Of a stretch of DNA of 59,825 nt, positions 29,918-38,776 are shown one piece after another. The position numbers and the translations under genes were made by a program. How positions within the stretch are numbered: position 1 is the first letter of the stretch; the number at the start of each line of letters is the position of its first letter. The notes under the pieces were generated by a model. That model was not told the origin of the DNA. It did no database searches and worked only from the letters and a program-made list of their open reading frames with translations. The stretch lies in the NCBI GenBank assembly GCA_018499905.2, contig JAHBAU020000003.1, positions 1 to 59,825 of the forward strand, in the 5' to 3' direction. Origin of the DNA: Candidatus Saccharimonadota bacterium (GTDB taxonomy: Bacteria; Patescibacteriota; Saccharimonadia; Saccharimonadales; AQU-01).

Positions 29918-30427
29918 ATGCCCCTAGTGCCAAAAGTCACACTCGTCGTTATTGCCCATAATATCCGCAGCAGTCACAATATTGGCTCACTTTTTCGAAC
30001 GGCTGAAGCTCTAGGAGCATCTAAGTTGTATTTAACCGGTTTTACACCCTACCCAAAGAGTGTTCACGACACGCGGCTGCCTCATGTTGCAACAAAAACG
30101 CATAAGGACATTGCTAAAACAGCCTTGGGCGCTGAGCATTTATTAAAATGGCAACAAACCAGTGATATCACACAACTTATTAAGCGGCTTAAAAGACGCA
30201 ACTATAAAATAGTGGCTTTGGAGCAAGCGCCGAACAGTGTCGACCTTCGCGACTGTGCGCTGCTCGGACGGGTAGCTCTGGTTCTAGGCAATGAACCGTC
30301 AGGCATTGACGCTGAGACCCTCAGATTGTGTGACATTGCCGTTGAAATTCCAATGAAAGGCGACAAAGAGTCTTTAAATGTTGTGCAAGCAGCCGCCATC
30401 GCTATGTATCACTTTGGTTACCTTTAG
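29918..30427 (+). CDS. TrmH/SpoU family RNA methyltransferase
   Basis: HNIGSLFRT, VLGNE..GI, IPM.G.KESLNV. Confidence 0.92.
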   Translation: MPLVPKVTLVVIAHNIRSSHNIGSLFRTAEALGASKLYLTGFTPYPKSVHDTRLPHVATKTHKDIAKTALGAEHLLKWQQTSDITQLIKRLKRRNYKIVALEQAPNSVDLRDCALLGRVALVLGNEPSGIDAETLRLCDIAVEIPMKGDKESLNVVQAAAIAMYHFGYL

Positions 30428-30463
30428 CCGTATACCGCTGGCTCGCTGACTGTTATAATACTT

Positions 30464-32071
30464 ATGCTTATGGCACAAAATGTCCGACTTGCCGATGAAC
30501 AATCTACCGCGCGCCGCGCGCGTATTCTAGGCATGGTATATGTGGACACTTCCAATATGACCAACATCCAGCTGTTCAAGGGAGTCATGTCCGTCGCTGA
30601 GCTTTATCAGTACAAAGTGATACCGCTGTATGCTGATGAGCACACGATCAATTTCGGTGTTACCACCACCACTTCACAGCAAACGATGGCACAACTGAAA
30701 AATCGTTTCCAAGATCAGCGCGTAAGTTACGCGTTGATATCGGACAGCGGTTTTCGTGAGATTATGCGCATGTATGATCCGCCGCAAAAAGTCGTCTACC
30801 ATGACATCGAAATTGCCTCGGCTGGCAGCCAGGAACTGGTGCAAAAAGTATCACAGATTCTTGAACAAATCCGGGCAGATGACATGTTGGCTTATTTGGT
30901 CCAGCAGGCTCACAAACTTGGTGCCAGTGATATTCACTATGAAACTCAATCCAAATTTGTCCGCATCCGACTGCGCATTGATGGAGTTCTCCATGCTGTG
31001 GCGCACGTTTCGTTTGAAAAAGCCCATGTGTTGATATCGGCTATTGCCAGTGCCGCCAATGTCTCAACCTCAGCGAATGAACCGCAACAAGGGCATATCT
31101 CTCAAGTTACCAAGATGGCCGACGGTTCTGAAGTCAAGGTAAACTTGCGTGTCGAAACTGTTCCGGCAATTAACGGCATGGATATAGTGATGCGCTTGTT
31201 CAACATGGACCAAAGCATGTACACGCTTGACCGACTTGGCCTATCAGCTGATGAGCGACAGGTGCTGGAAGCAATTATTAGCAAGCCATCCGGGTTAGTG
31301 ATGGCTGTTGGTCCTACCGGTTCAGGTAAAACGACGACCTTATATTCAGTCCTAAATAGTCTCAACAACGAAGAACGAAAAATCATAACTATTGAAGATC
31401 CTGTCGAGTATCAGTTCGAAGGCATTACCCAGATTCCTGTGCCAAATACGGTTACCACCCATGGTAGTTTTGCCCAGGAGCTGCGTGCAGTTTTGCGACT
31501 TGACCCAGATATTGTGATGGTTGGCGAAATTCGAGATAACGATACAGCCAAGACGGCGTTGCAGGCAGCGCTCACCGGGCATCTGGTGTTATCGACTTTT
31601 CACGCCAGCTCCGCCTCGGCAGCTATCACCCGGCTAATGGATATGGTAGCGGAGAATCCGCTATTCCTGTCAGCAATTCGACTAGTTATGGCACAGCGCT
31701 TGGTTCGGCGCCTCGATGATGCAACCAAGCAAGCCTATACGCCCGACGAGGGAACGCTTGAAGTTATTAGGCGGGTTATTGAGACATTGCCAGCTAATGT
31801 TCCCAGGCCTAAGCTTGAAGGCTTGCAACTCTATAGCCCCGGTAAATCAGATGATAACCCTTATGGCTTCCGTGGCCAGCTGGCTTTGAGAGAGCAGTTT
31901 TTGCTCCATGGCCCAGTACTTGAACTATTGCAGACCGGTAAGGAGTTTACGGCTGAACAGATCGAGAAGGCGGCGATTCAAAGTGGCATGACCACGATGC
32001 TGCAAAATGGCATCCTAAAAGCCATAGCCGGTGAAACGACCCTGACAGAAGTTTTCAGAGTAGTCGGTTAG
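30464..32071 (+). CDS. GspE/PulE/PilB-family pilus assembly ATPase
   Basis: ASDIH, RIDG, GPTGSGKTTTLY, TIEDPVE, LRLDPD..MVGEIRD, TGHLVLSTFH; start may be 30470. Confidence 0.93.
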   Translation: MLMAQNVRLADEQSTARRARILGMVYVDTSNMTNIQLFKGVMSVAELYQYKVIPLYADEHTINFGVTTTTSQQTMAQLKNRFQDQRVSYALISDSGFREIMRMYDPPQKVVYHDIEIASAGSQELVQKVSQILEQIRADDMLAYLVQQAHKLGASDIHYETQSKFVRIRLRIDGVLHAVAHVSFEKAHVLISAIASAANVSTSANEPQQGHISQVTKMADGSEVKVNLRVETVPAINGMDIVMRLFNMDQSMYTLDRLGLSADERQVLEAIISKPSGLVMAVGPTGSGKTTTLYSVLNSLNNEERKIITIEDPVEYQFEGITQIPVPNTVTTHGSFAQELRAVLRLDPDIVMVGEIRDNDTAKTALQAALTGHLVLSTFHASSASAAITRLMDMVAENPLFLSAIRLVMAQRLVRRLDDATKQAYTPDEGTLEVIRRVIETLPANVPRPKLEGLQLYSPGKSDDNPYGFRGQLALREQFLLHGPVLELLQTGKEFTAEQIEKAAIQSGMTTMLQNGILKAIAGETTLTEVFRVVG

Positions 32072-32094
32072 TTGAGCATGCACTTATAGGGGTG

Positions 32095-32123
32095 TTGTCA
32101 GATAAGCCTAAGTATGCTAAAGT
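32095..32123 (+). promoter_or_regulatory. sigma70-type promoter of rplS
   Basis: TTGTCA 32095-32100, 17 bp spacer, TG-C-TAAAGT ending 32123. Confidence 0.55.
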
Positions 32124-32176
32124 ACTTTAGAAGTAAATTCTCTGAAACGAACAAGAGAAGAGGAAAATAAGCAGTT

Positions 32177-32704
32177 ATGAATGTGTTGAAGGCTGTCGAA
32201 GCAAAGTATCAGAAAACCGCTGTTGTTGATGTCCGTTCTGGCGACACTGTTAAAGTGCACCAAAAAATCCGTGAAGGTAACAAAGAGCGTGTGCAGATTT
32301 TTGAAGGTTTAGTTATTCGTGTCGGTCGTAAGGCCAGTCTGACAAACACCATTACTGTACGCAAAATTGCTAGCGGTGTCGGTGTTGAAAAGACTTACTT
32401 ACTTCACAGCCCGAACGTCCTCAAAGTTGAAGTCACCAAACGCAGCAAAGTTCGCCGCAATTATCTGACCTACATGCGGGCCCTGACCGGCAAGAACGCT
32501 CGTCTGAGCGGTGTCGCCTTTGACAAAAGCATCAATGACATTCACGATACTGCCGCCGAAGCCGAAGAAGAAAAGCTTAAGGAAGAAACTGAAAAAGCCG
32601 CGCAGGCTGAAGCCGATGCCAAGGCTAGAGAAGCTGCTGAGTTAGAAGCTAAGGCTGCTGCCGCTCTTGCTGCTCGCGGCAAAGAAGCTTCTGAAGAAGA
32701 ATAG
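32177..32704 (+). CDS. rplS: 50S ribosomal protein L19 with Ala/Glu-rich C-terminal extension
   Basis: GDTVKVH.KIREG.KERVQIFEG, TVRKIASGVGVE, KVRR..L.YMR. Confidence 0.96.
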   Translation: MNVLKAVEAKYQKTAVVDVRSGDTVKVHQKIREGNKERVQIFEGLVIRVGRKASLTNTITVRKIASGVGVEKTYLLHSPNVLKVEVTKRSKVRRNYLTYMRALTGKNARLSGVAFDKSINDIHDTAAEAEEEKLKEETEKAAQAEADAKAREAAELEAKAAAALAARGKEASEEE

Positions 32705-32723
32705 TCTGAATTCTGTATGACAA

Positions 32724-32761
32724 GATGCCGTCAGCTGCTCGTCAGCCGGCGGTATTTTTAT
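32724..32761 (+). terminator. Probable intrinsic terminator after rplS
   Basis: GATGCCGTC..GCTG/CAGC..GGCGGTATT hairpin followed by T-run. Confidence 0.5.
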
Positions 32762-32762
32762 T

Positions 32763-33341
32763 ATGATAAGGCGCATGATAGGGATTGATGAGGTTGGTCG
32801 AGGCGCCTGGGCGGGGCCTTTGCTGGTTGTAGCTTACCGTCAGACGGGGGAAATGCCTAGTGGTATTGGCGACTCAAAGAAGATTATCAAAAAGCGCCGC
32901 GAGTCATTAGCACACGAGCTGGAGTTATGTGGCGATCGTGGATTTGGCTGGGTCGAAGCGCAAGAAATTGACGCAGTTGGACTGACCGCAGCCATGCACT
33001 TGGCTGTGGCGCGAGCTCTAGCAGGCATTACTGCGTTAAGCGACGAAAAGATCATAATTGACGGCCACATAAATTATTGTCCCAAACAGTTTATAAACGT
33101 TATGACTGTCATCAAGGCCGATGGGAGCGTGCCGGCAGTTGGTGCTGCCAGTATTGTGGCCAAAGTTGCCCGGGATGCTCATCTTCAAAAACTGGCCGCC
33201 TTGTATCCGCAGTATGGTTTTGATCGCCATGTAGGCTATGGCACCAAACGCCACCAAGATGCCTTGCAGTTGTACGGCATCACACCTGAGCACCGACAGT
33301 CATATAAACCGGTTCGCAAATGTCTTAATCAACCACTATGA
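32763..33341 (+). CDS. rnhB: Ribonuclease HII
   Basis: GIDEVGRG..AGP, DSKK, IDG, AASIVAKVARD, GYGT. Confidence 0.96.
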   Translation: MIRRMIGIDEVGRGAWAGPLLVVAYRQTGEMPSGIGDSKKIIKKRRESLAHELELCGDRGFGWVEAQEIDAVGLTAAMHLAVARALAGITALSDEKIIIDGHINYCPKQFINVMTVIKADGSVPAVGAASIVAKVARDAHLQKLAALYPQYGFDRHVGYGTKRHQDALQLYGITPEHRQSYKPVRKCLNQPL

Positions 33342-33682
33342 CGACAAACTATGCACATGGACATATTGCCGAGCAATATGCTGCGGCACATCTTAAGCAA
33401 CTTGGTTACAAAATTATCGAGATAAACTGGAAAACCCGCTACTGCGAAATTGATATTGTTGCCGAAAAGAGTAGCTGTATCTACTTTGTCGAAGTCAAAT
33501 ACCGTCAAACAGCAGCTCAGGGCTTTGGCCTTGATTACATTACTCCAAAAAAGCTCAAGCAAATGACCTTCGCAGCTGAGTTTTGGGTTCAAGATCACAA
33601 TTGGAAATCTGACTATTACCTAGCAGCAATAGAAGTATATGGCGATCACAACCTGGTTAGTGAGTTAGTAATAATCGAATAA
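33338..33682 (+). CDS. yraN: YraN family protein
   Basis: G..AE..A, EIDIVA, FVEVKYR; canonical position after rnhB. Confidence 0.9.
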   Translation: MTTNYAHGHIAEQYAAAHLKQLGYKIIEINWKTRYCEIDIVAEKSSCIYFVEVKYRQTAAQGFGLDYITPKKLKQMTFAAEFWVQDHNWKSDYYLAAIEVYGDHNLVSELVIIE

Positions 33683-33699
33683 AATGATATAATATAGTA

Positions 33700-34194
33700 A
33701 TGTCCGATCTGCCCATTAGAATTAGTGAGCTTCTTCCAGCATTTGAGCGTAGCACCTATGATTCTTTATTGCCCCGCGCAACAGTGTTATGTGGCGAAGA
33801 GCTTGATGCATTTAGAAGAGCTACAGCAAGTACTCGAGTGTGCACGGCTATAGCTCCGCTCGGAATGGCATTTTTACAAAAAGAAGGTTATCAGGTAATA
33901 AGCGAATGGCACATTCCTAATCACCCGCTTACCCAAGGTGGTCGGCTCGGCCACATGTTTATTTCTGAGCTTGGAGACCCGAACAGAAGACGGCTCGGTG
34001 AACATGATGTGGTGATTGATCCGACATACCTACAATTTGCACACGCGGACGCTAGGACTCATGACCTACCAAGTGTGTTCGTAGGACCAAGAGGTGAAAT
34101 TATGCAAATGATGTCCGACCCAGATTTCTCGATTAACCCTGTCGCTGCTCAATTTTATACAGAAGACACCTGGGTTCCGGCAAAATCCTTCTAG
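33700..34194 (+). CDS. Orphan protein with transglutaminase/papain-like Cys-His-Asp pattern
   Basis: C in RVCTAIA, GHMFI, VIDPTYLQF; TGATATAAT 6 nt upstream. Confidence 0.6.
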   Translation: MSDLPIRISELLPAFERSTYDSLLPRATVLCGEELDAFRRATASTRVCTAIAPLGMAFLQKEGYQVISEWHIPNHPLTQGGRLGHMFISELGDPNRRRLGEHDVVIDPTYLQFAHADARTHDLPSVFVGPRGEIMQMMSDPDFSINPVAAQFYTEDTWVPAKSF

Positions 34195-36806
34195 TTATTC
34201 TGGGCGAAAAAGGTCTTCACTTCTTTTTGGTCGCGTTGTTTCCAGGCGGTTTGCCAGTCGATCATTTCTAGTCCCTGGTTGTATGAACGTTCCATGGCTG
34301 GCGACATGCGTGGGCCGAAGAAGGCTTCGAAGTCTTCACGGAATTTAGGCGAATGGAAGGTACGCGCGGCGTAAATAGGCATTCTATAAAAGCTTAGGTC
34401 GTTGCCAAGATTCTCGTGCAGCCATTCCCAGTTTTCTTTGAGCCATTCCCAAGTTGCCGTGCGAGCATGGCGATTTAAGAAGCTGTAAGCAACCCAATAG
34501 GCAACATCTTGTAAACGAACAGTATCGCTGGTGATTTGTGCCAGCGCCTGGCTGATGATGGCCGGATCTTTGAAGCTAGTGATGGCGGCGGCTAAAGTTG
34601 TTCGTTCCTCGCTTGACGATGACTCATTGTGAAGCCGAAGTAATTTATCAAATTCTGCTTGGCCACCCTGACGAGCAACTGTACCGTATACCGTGCCGCG
34701 CAAGTCAGGGTCAATATCAAGTCCGCGGCGAACGTTCTTGCGTGACGGATTAGATTTCAAGTGCGGGGCAATATCTTCACTGTGTTCAATTGTGCTAAAC
34801 AGATCCCAGCATTTTTTGACAATTGTTGGTTCGTCAGCCGATGAAGACATGCCGAGAATAATCGGCCGCAATAAACGGTCAAAGTGCGATTCTGGTGATT
34901 TGCGGTCCCAGCCAAGTCGTTTGAGTTGTTTGGCGGTAAGCTTTAAAATAAACGGCTTCATGGCTTCACGCAGCTGTTCGTCGCCCATCACCATCCGGAT
35001 TGAACCAATTATACCGCTGATGTTATCCCAAACGGCGTAGTCATCTTCTTCGGCAAAGTTCTCGAGAAAATGCAAGGTGTCGGCGGTGTCGGCCATGCCG
35101 GCTTTGGAGGCCTCAATCAGATCGCCCAAAATACCCAGTCGGTCGGTGGCGCTTAAGTGGCCTTTCTTAACCAGTTGGCCCAACCGGGCAGTGTGTGAGC
35201 TGTTGTAGGCAACTCGATAAAAGCCGCCGTGATTACGGTTGAGTTTGAAGTCGTGGTGGTCGGCAAGCTCGTAGGTGGCTGTGGCCGCTTCAAACAGATG
35301 CGGCACAGTGCTTGATTTTGCTTGTAACGGTATTGGCCAGACTAGCGGCTCGGAAACTTTATGATGCGGGTTGGTATAGAAACGTTGTTGGCTCAGCTCG
35401 ACCTTGCCGTCGTCGACTATGGCTTTGACGATTGGAAAACCTGGCTGGCTGGTCCAGGCGGCCATAAAGGCACGCACCGGTTTTTCGGAAGCTTCTTCAA
35501 ATGCTGCCCATAGATCTTCTGTATCGGTATTGCCCCACATATGCTTGGTAAGGTAATACTGCAGTCCAGTCCGGAAAGCTTCAGGGCCAAGGTAGCTATA
35601 GAGCATATGAATGATACTAGCGCCCTTGCTGTAGCTAATGGCGTCAAAGATGGTGCGGATCTCATCAGGGTGGTCAACACGAACTTCTACCGGGTGGGTA
35701 TGCTCAAGCGCGTCCAATTTTAAGGCTTGTTGCTGCTCGTCAATAATAAACTGCGTCCACATTTTCCACTTCGGGAATAGTTCATCGACAGCCAAATATT
35801 CAATCCAGCTGGCAAAGCCTTCGTTAAGCCACAGGTCGGTCCACCAGCGCATGGTCACCAAGTTGCCAAACCACTGATGCGCCAGTTCATGGGCGACAAC
35901 CATTGCCACATACTGTTTGCTCGACAAACTGGTGTTCTGTTCATCGACAAACAGCGCATGTTCTCTAAATGTAATACAGCCCCAGTTTTCCATAGCTCCC
36001 GAGGCAAAGTCTGGCAGTGCTAACAAATCGCATTTTTCTAACGGATAATCGATGCCAAAATAATCGTTATAGTATTCCAAACAGCGAACGGCTACCTCTA
36101 GTGCAAACTTGGTATGCTCAACATTGTCTGGCGTAGCATAGGTACGTACAACGACACCTTGCTTGGTCTTCGCTTCTAGATAGCGTAGATCACCAACAAC
36201 AAAAGCTACAAGATACGTCGACATAACCGGTGTTTTGCCAAAATATGTCCGTTGCAAGTCACCTTCGGGTTTTGTGGTTTCAGCTGGCGTGTTCGACACG
36301 ACAGTATGATCGGGCCGAGCAGCAATGGATAGTTTGAATGTGGCTTTGGCTTCAGGCTCGTCAATACACGGGAAGGCTTCGCGGGCATGGTGACTTTCAA
36401 ATTGTGTGGCAATCAGCTGCTTGGCTTCGCCGTCGTGCGTGAAGTTGCAGGGGTAGACGCCCTCCATCTGCCTGGTAATTTTGCCGCTGTACTCCATGAC
36501 AATGTCGTACTTGCCGGCGGGTAGCATGGCTTCGGTGTGGAGGCGAACTTCATTAAACGAGGCATGCTGATTAATGCGGGTCACCGGGATTTCACTGTCG
36601 CCGTGCTTATCGTGTCGCACCAGTTGTGCTTTAGTGACTTTGAGACCCTTTTGATGAAACGTCAGTCGATTGGTTGGACGGCCGACTTTGCGCCCAGTAA
36701 TACGGACAACGCCAGTGAAGGTCATAGCTTCCTGGTCAAGCGTGATGTCAACGTCGTAGTGTGCTGTTTGAAACAGCTCAAACAGTCGCTTTACTTTTTT
36801 GCTCAT
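34191..36806 (-). CDS. pepN: M1 family aminopeptidase (PepN/ERAP1-like)
   Basis: ATQFE..AREAFPCIDEP, GAMENWG, HELAHQWFG..WLNEGFA, YSKG. Confidence 0.95.
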   Translation of the reverse strand: MSKKVKRLFELFQTAHYDVDITLDQEAMTFTGVVRITGRKVGRPTNRLTFHQKGLKVTKAQLVRHDKHGDSEIPVTRINQHASFNEVRLHTEAMLPAGKYDIVMEYSGKITRQMEGVYPCNFTHDGEAKQLIATQFESHHAREAFPCIDEPEAKATFKLSIAARPDHTVVSNTPAETTKPEGDLQRTYFGKTPVMSTYLVAFVVGDLRYLEAKTKQGVVVRTYATPDNVEHTKFALEVAVRCLEYYNDYFGIDYPLEKCDLLALPDFASGAMENWGCITFREHALFVDEQNTSLSSKQYVAMVVAHELAHQWFGNLVTMRWWTDLWLNEGFASWIEYLAVDELFPKWKMWTQFIIDEQQQALKLDALEHTHPVEVRVDHPDEIRTIFDAISYSKGASIIHMLYSYLGPEAFRTGLQYYLTKHMWGNTDTEDLWAAFEEASEKPVRAFMAAWTSQPGFPIVKAIVDDGKVELSQQRFYTNPHHKVSEPLVWPIPLQAKSSTVPHLFEAATATYELADHHDFKLNRNHGGFYRVAYNSSHTARLGQLVKKGHLSATDRLGILGDLIEASKAGMADTADTLHFLENFAEEDDYAVWDNISGIIGSIRMVMGDEQLREAMKPFILKLTAKQLKRLGWDRKSPESHFDRLLRPIILGMSSSADEPTIVKKCWDLFSTIEHSEDIAPHLKSNPSRKNVRRGLDIDPDLRGTVYGTVARQGGQAEFDKLLRLHNESSSSEERTTLAAAITSFKDPAIISQALAQITSDTVRLQDVAYWVAYSFLNRHARTATWEWLKENWEWLHENLGNDLSFYRMPIYAARTFHSPKFREDFEAFFGPRMSPAMERSYNQGLEMIDWQTAWKQRDQKEVKTFFAQNN

Positions 36807-36840
36807 TCCTTCTAGTTTACCATATATTTACTTCTTAAAA

Positions 36841-36869
36841 TTGACTTATGTTGTAATACGCGGTACAAT
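36841..36869 (+). promoter_or_regulatory. sigma70 promoter of nusA
   Basis: TTGACT 36841-36846, 17 bp spacer, TACAAT 36864-36869. Confidence 0.75.
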
Positions 36870-36880
36870 TGTTGTTGTAC

Positions 36881-36910
36881 GAATCCGGCCACTTGAGGTC
36901 GGATTTTTTC
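36881..36910 (+). terminator. Terminator-like attenuator in the nusA 5' leader
   Basis: AATCCGGCC-ACTTGA-GGTCGGATT hairpin plus T-run immediately after the promoter. Confidence 0.65.
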
Positions 36911-36944
36911 ATGAAAAGCCTAACAAAATGAGGAGAAAATACTA

Positions 36945-38105
36945 ATGGAACTTGATATGAAACAGCTGCTGGTAGCCGTTCGGGCAATCGCAGAAGAAAA
37001 GAACTTACCAGAAGAGACCGTTCAGGAAATTGTTGAGCAGGCTTTGGCTGCTGCCTACCGCCGTGACTATGGCGACCGTGAGCAAGAAGTTCGCGTGACG
37101 ATGAACATGAACAGTGGTGTGGTTGATGCCTATGTCAGCAAGGAAATTGTCGACACTGTCACCGATGAACGTTTTGAAATCAGCGTCAATGACGCACAAG
37201 TTATTCGCAAAAATGCCAAGGCTGGTGAAACAGTAGAGATTCACGAAAAGGTTGAAGACTTCGGTCGCGTCGCAGCGCAAACTGCAAAACAAGTTATCTT
37301 GCAACGCCTCCGTGAAGCCGAGCGAGAAATTATCTTAACTGAATACGAAGACAAAATTGGCACGATTATCAATGGGATCGTCAGCCGAGTAGAAGGCAAC
37401 ATTGTCCGAGTTGAGTTGGGTAAAGCTCAAGGTATTATGCCGCGCAGTGAGCAAATCCAAGGCGAGCGGTACTACCCAGGCCAGCGTATCAAAGTCTTCT
37501 TAAAAGATGTGGAGCGCGGTTTCCGCGGCCCGCAGCTGGTTGTCAGCCGTGGCAACAAAGACTTTATTGAATGGCTGTTCCGCGCCGAAGTGCCCGAGAT
37601 GGAGAACGGCGCCGTTGAGATCAAGGACATTGCCCGCGAAGCTGGTGTCCGCAGCAAAATTGCTGTTAACAGTACCGTTCCTGGTGTTGACCCAGTTGGT
37701 ACATTTGTCGGTGGCCATGGTACCCGCGTGAATGCTGTCATGAGCGAAGTCGGTGAACAAGAGAAAATTGACATTGTCGTCTGGGATAAAGATCCAAAGG
37801 TCTACATCACCAATGCGCTGAGCCCGACTCGTGTCACAAAGGTAACGCTTGATGAAGCCAACAAAAAGGCTGTCGTGCAGGTTCCAGAAGACCAGTTGAG
37901 CATTGCAATTGGTAAAAGCGGCCAAAACGTCCGCCTGAGCAGCAAGCTGACTGGGTATGACATTGATATTGTTTCTGACACTGATGCTGGCAGCAAGCCA
38001 CAGCCAGCAGCCGAAACCACGGTTAACAAACCAGCACCACGGCTCAAGAAGAAGGAACAGCTGGAAAGCTCGCTCCTCGAAGCCATCGAAGAACACGGGG
38101 AATAA
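36945..38105 (+). CDS. nusA: Transcription termination/antitermination factor NusA
   Basis: FGRVAAQTAKQV, S1 domain, AREAG.RSKIAV, AIGKSGQNVRL. Confidence 0.97.
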   Translation: MELDMKQLLVAVRAIAEEKNLPEETVQEIVEQALAAAYRRDYGDREQEVRVTMNMNSGVVDAYVSKEIVDTVTDERFEISVNDAQVIRKNAKAGETVEIHEKVEDFGRVAAQTAKQVILQRLREAEREIILTEYEDKIGTIINGIVSRVEGNIVRVELGKAQGIMPRSEQIQGERYYPGQRIKVFLKDVERGFRGPQLVVSRGNKDFIEWLFRAEVPEMENGAVEIKDIAREAGVRSKIAVNSTVPGVDPVGTFVGGHGTRVNAVMSEVGEQEKIDIVVWDKDPKVYITNALSPTRVTKVTLDEANKKAVVQVPEDQLSIAIGKSGQNVRLSSKLTGYDIDIVSDTDAGSKPQPAAETTVNKPAPRLKKKEQLESSLLEAIEEHGE

Positions 38106-38111
38106 ACTCGC

Positions 38112-38660
38112 ATGCCGAGACCTGAAGACTGGGAAAAGTTGGTTTCTGAAGGGTCAATTACTGCCGCATTAGGTGATATCAACCAATACGAAGATCTTAT
38201 AGTTAGGCATCTTGTCCCTGAAGAAAGATTGCCAATGCTTCACAATGCGCCATTTTCAATTACTCCGCTTGATAGTTTAATTTACCCAAAAGGCTTCAAT
38301 GGTACCATTGGAGCAGTTACCATAGAATACGCGAGAACTAATGCGGACGAATTGCCTTCAATTGGTCATCTGCCAGCAAAAATCGATGCAGTTGAGGAGG
38401 TACATATTTCTGCTCAATGTATGGTGACAGGTTACGGGGATGTAGGTACAGCAAATCTTGATGCCTGGTATGTACTAGCGTCAAATGGCTCATGGAGTGA
38501 TCCTGTTAGTTTTCCTCTCAAGCGCAAATCTATAGCAGCGTACTGGAGCGAAGGTTCAACTTACCCGGATATCATGGCTGAAGTTCGTCACGCCCCAGGT
38601 GTTGCAGGAGTGGGGAAGCAAAGAAATAACGTCGCAAGAGACATTCGGGTCCTCTACTGA
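38112..38660 (+). CDS. Orphan hypothetical protein
   Basis: 182-aa ORF starting 6 nt after nusA stop; no motif recognised. Confidence 0.6.
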   Translation: MPRPEDWEKLVSEGSITAALGDINQYEDLIVRHLVPEERLPMLHNAPFSITPLDSLIYPKGFNGTIGAVTIEYARTNADELPSIGHLPAKIDAVEEVHISAQCMVTGYGDVGTANLDAWYVLASNGSWSDPVSFPLKRKSIAAYWSEGSTYPDIMAEVRHAPGVAGVGKQRNNVARDIRVLY

Positions 38661-38733
38661 CCTAACCTAATAGAGAATTCTAGATGTAAGGGTTACTAGA
38701 GTTAGTAAGTTAGAAAGAAGATATCGTGATTAA

Positions 38734-38770
38734 TTAGCACTCTTGACACCCGAGTGCCAACTGCTACAAT
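38734..38770 (+). promoter_or_regulatory. CIRCE (HrcA operator) overlapping the clpC promoter
   Basis: TTAGCACTC-TTGACACCC-GAGTGCCAA (38734-38760, one mismatch); -35 TTGACA inside the spacer, TG-C-TACAAT ending 38770. Confidence 0.88.
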
Positions 38771-38776
38771 AGGTGT

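Noticed and set aside
37500-38096. Long antisense ORFs (e.g. 37500..38096, 8953..9567, 44591..45019)
   Set aside because: They shadow well-conserved genes on the opposite strand and lack motifs or expression signals; expected by-products of codon bias
23380-38690. CTAGATGT occurring just after two orphan genes (near 23382 and 38680) as a cassette recombination site
   Set aside because: Only an 8-mer in two places, not found at the other orphans, with no attC-like structure and no integrase
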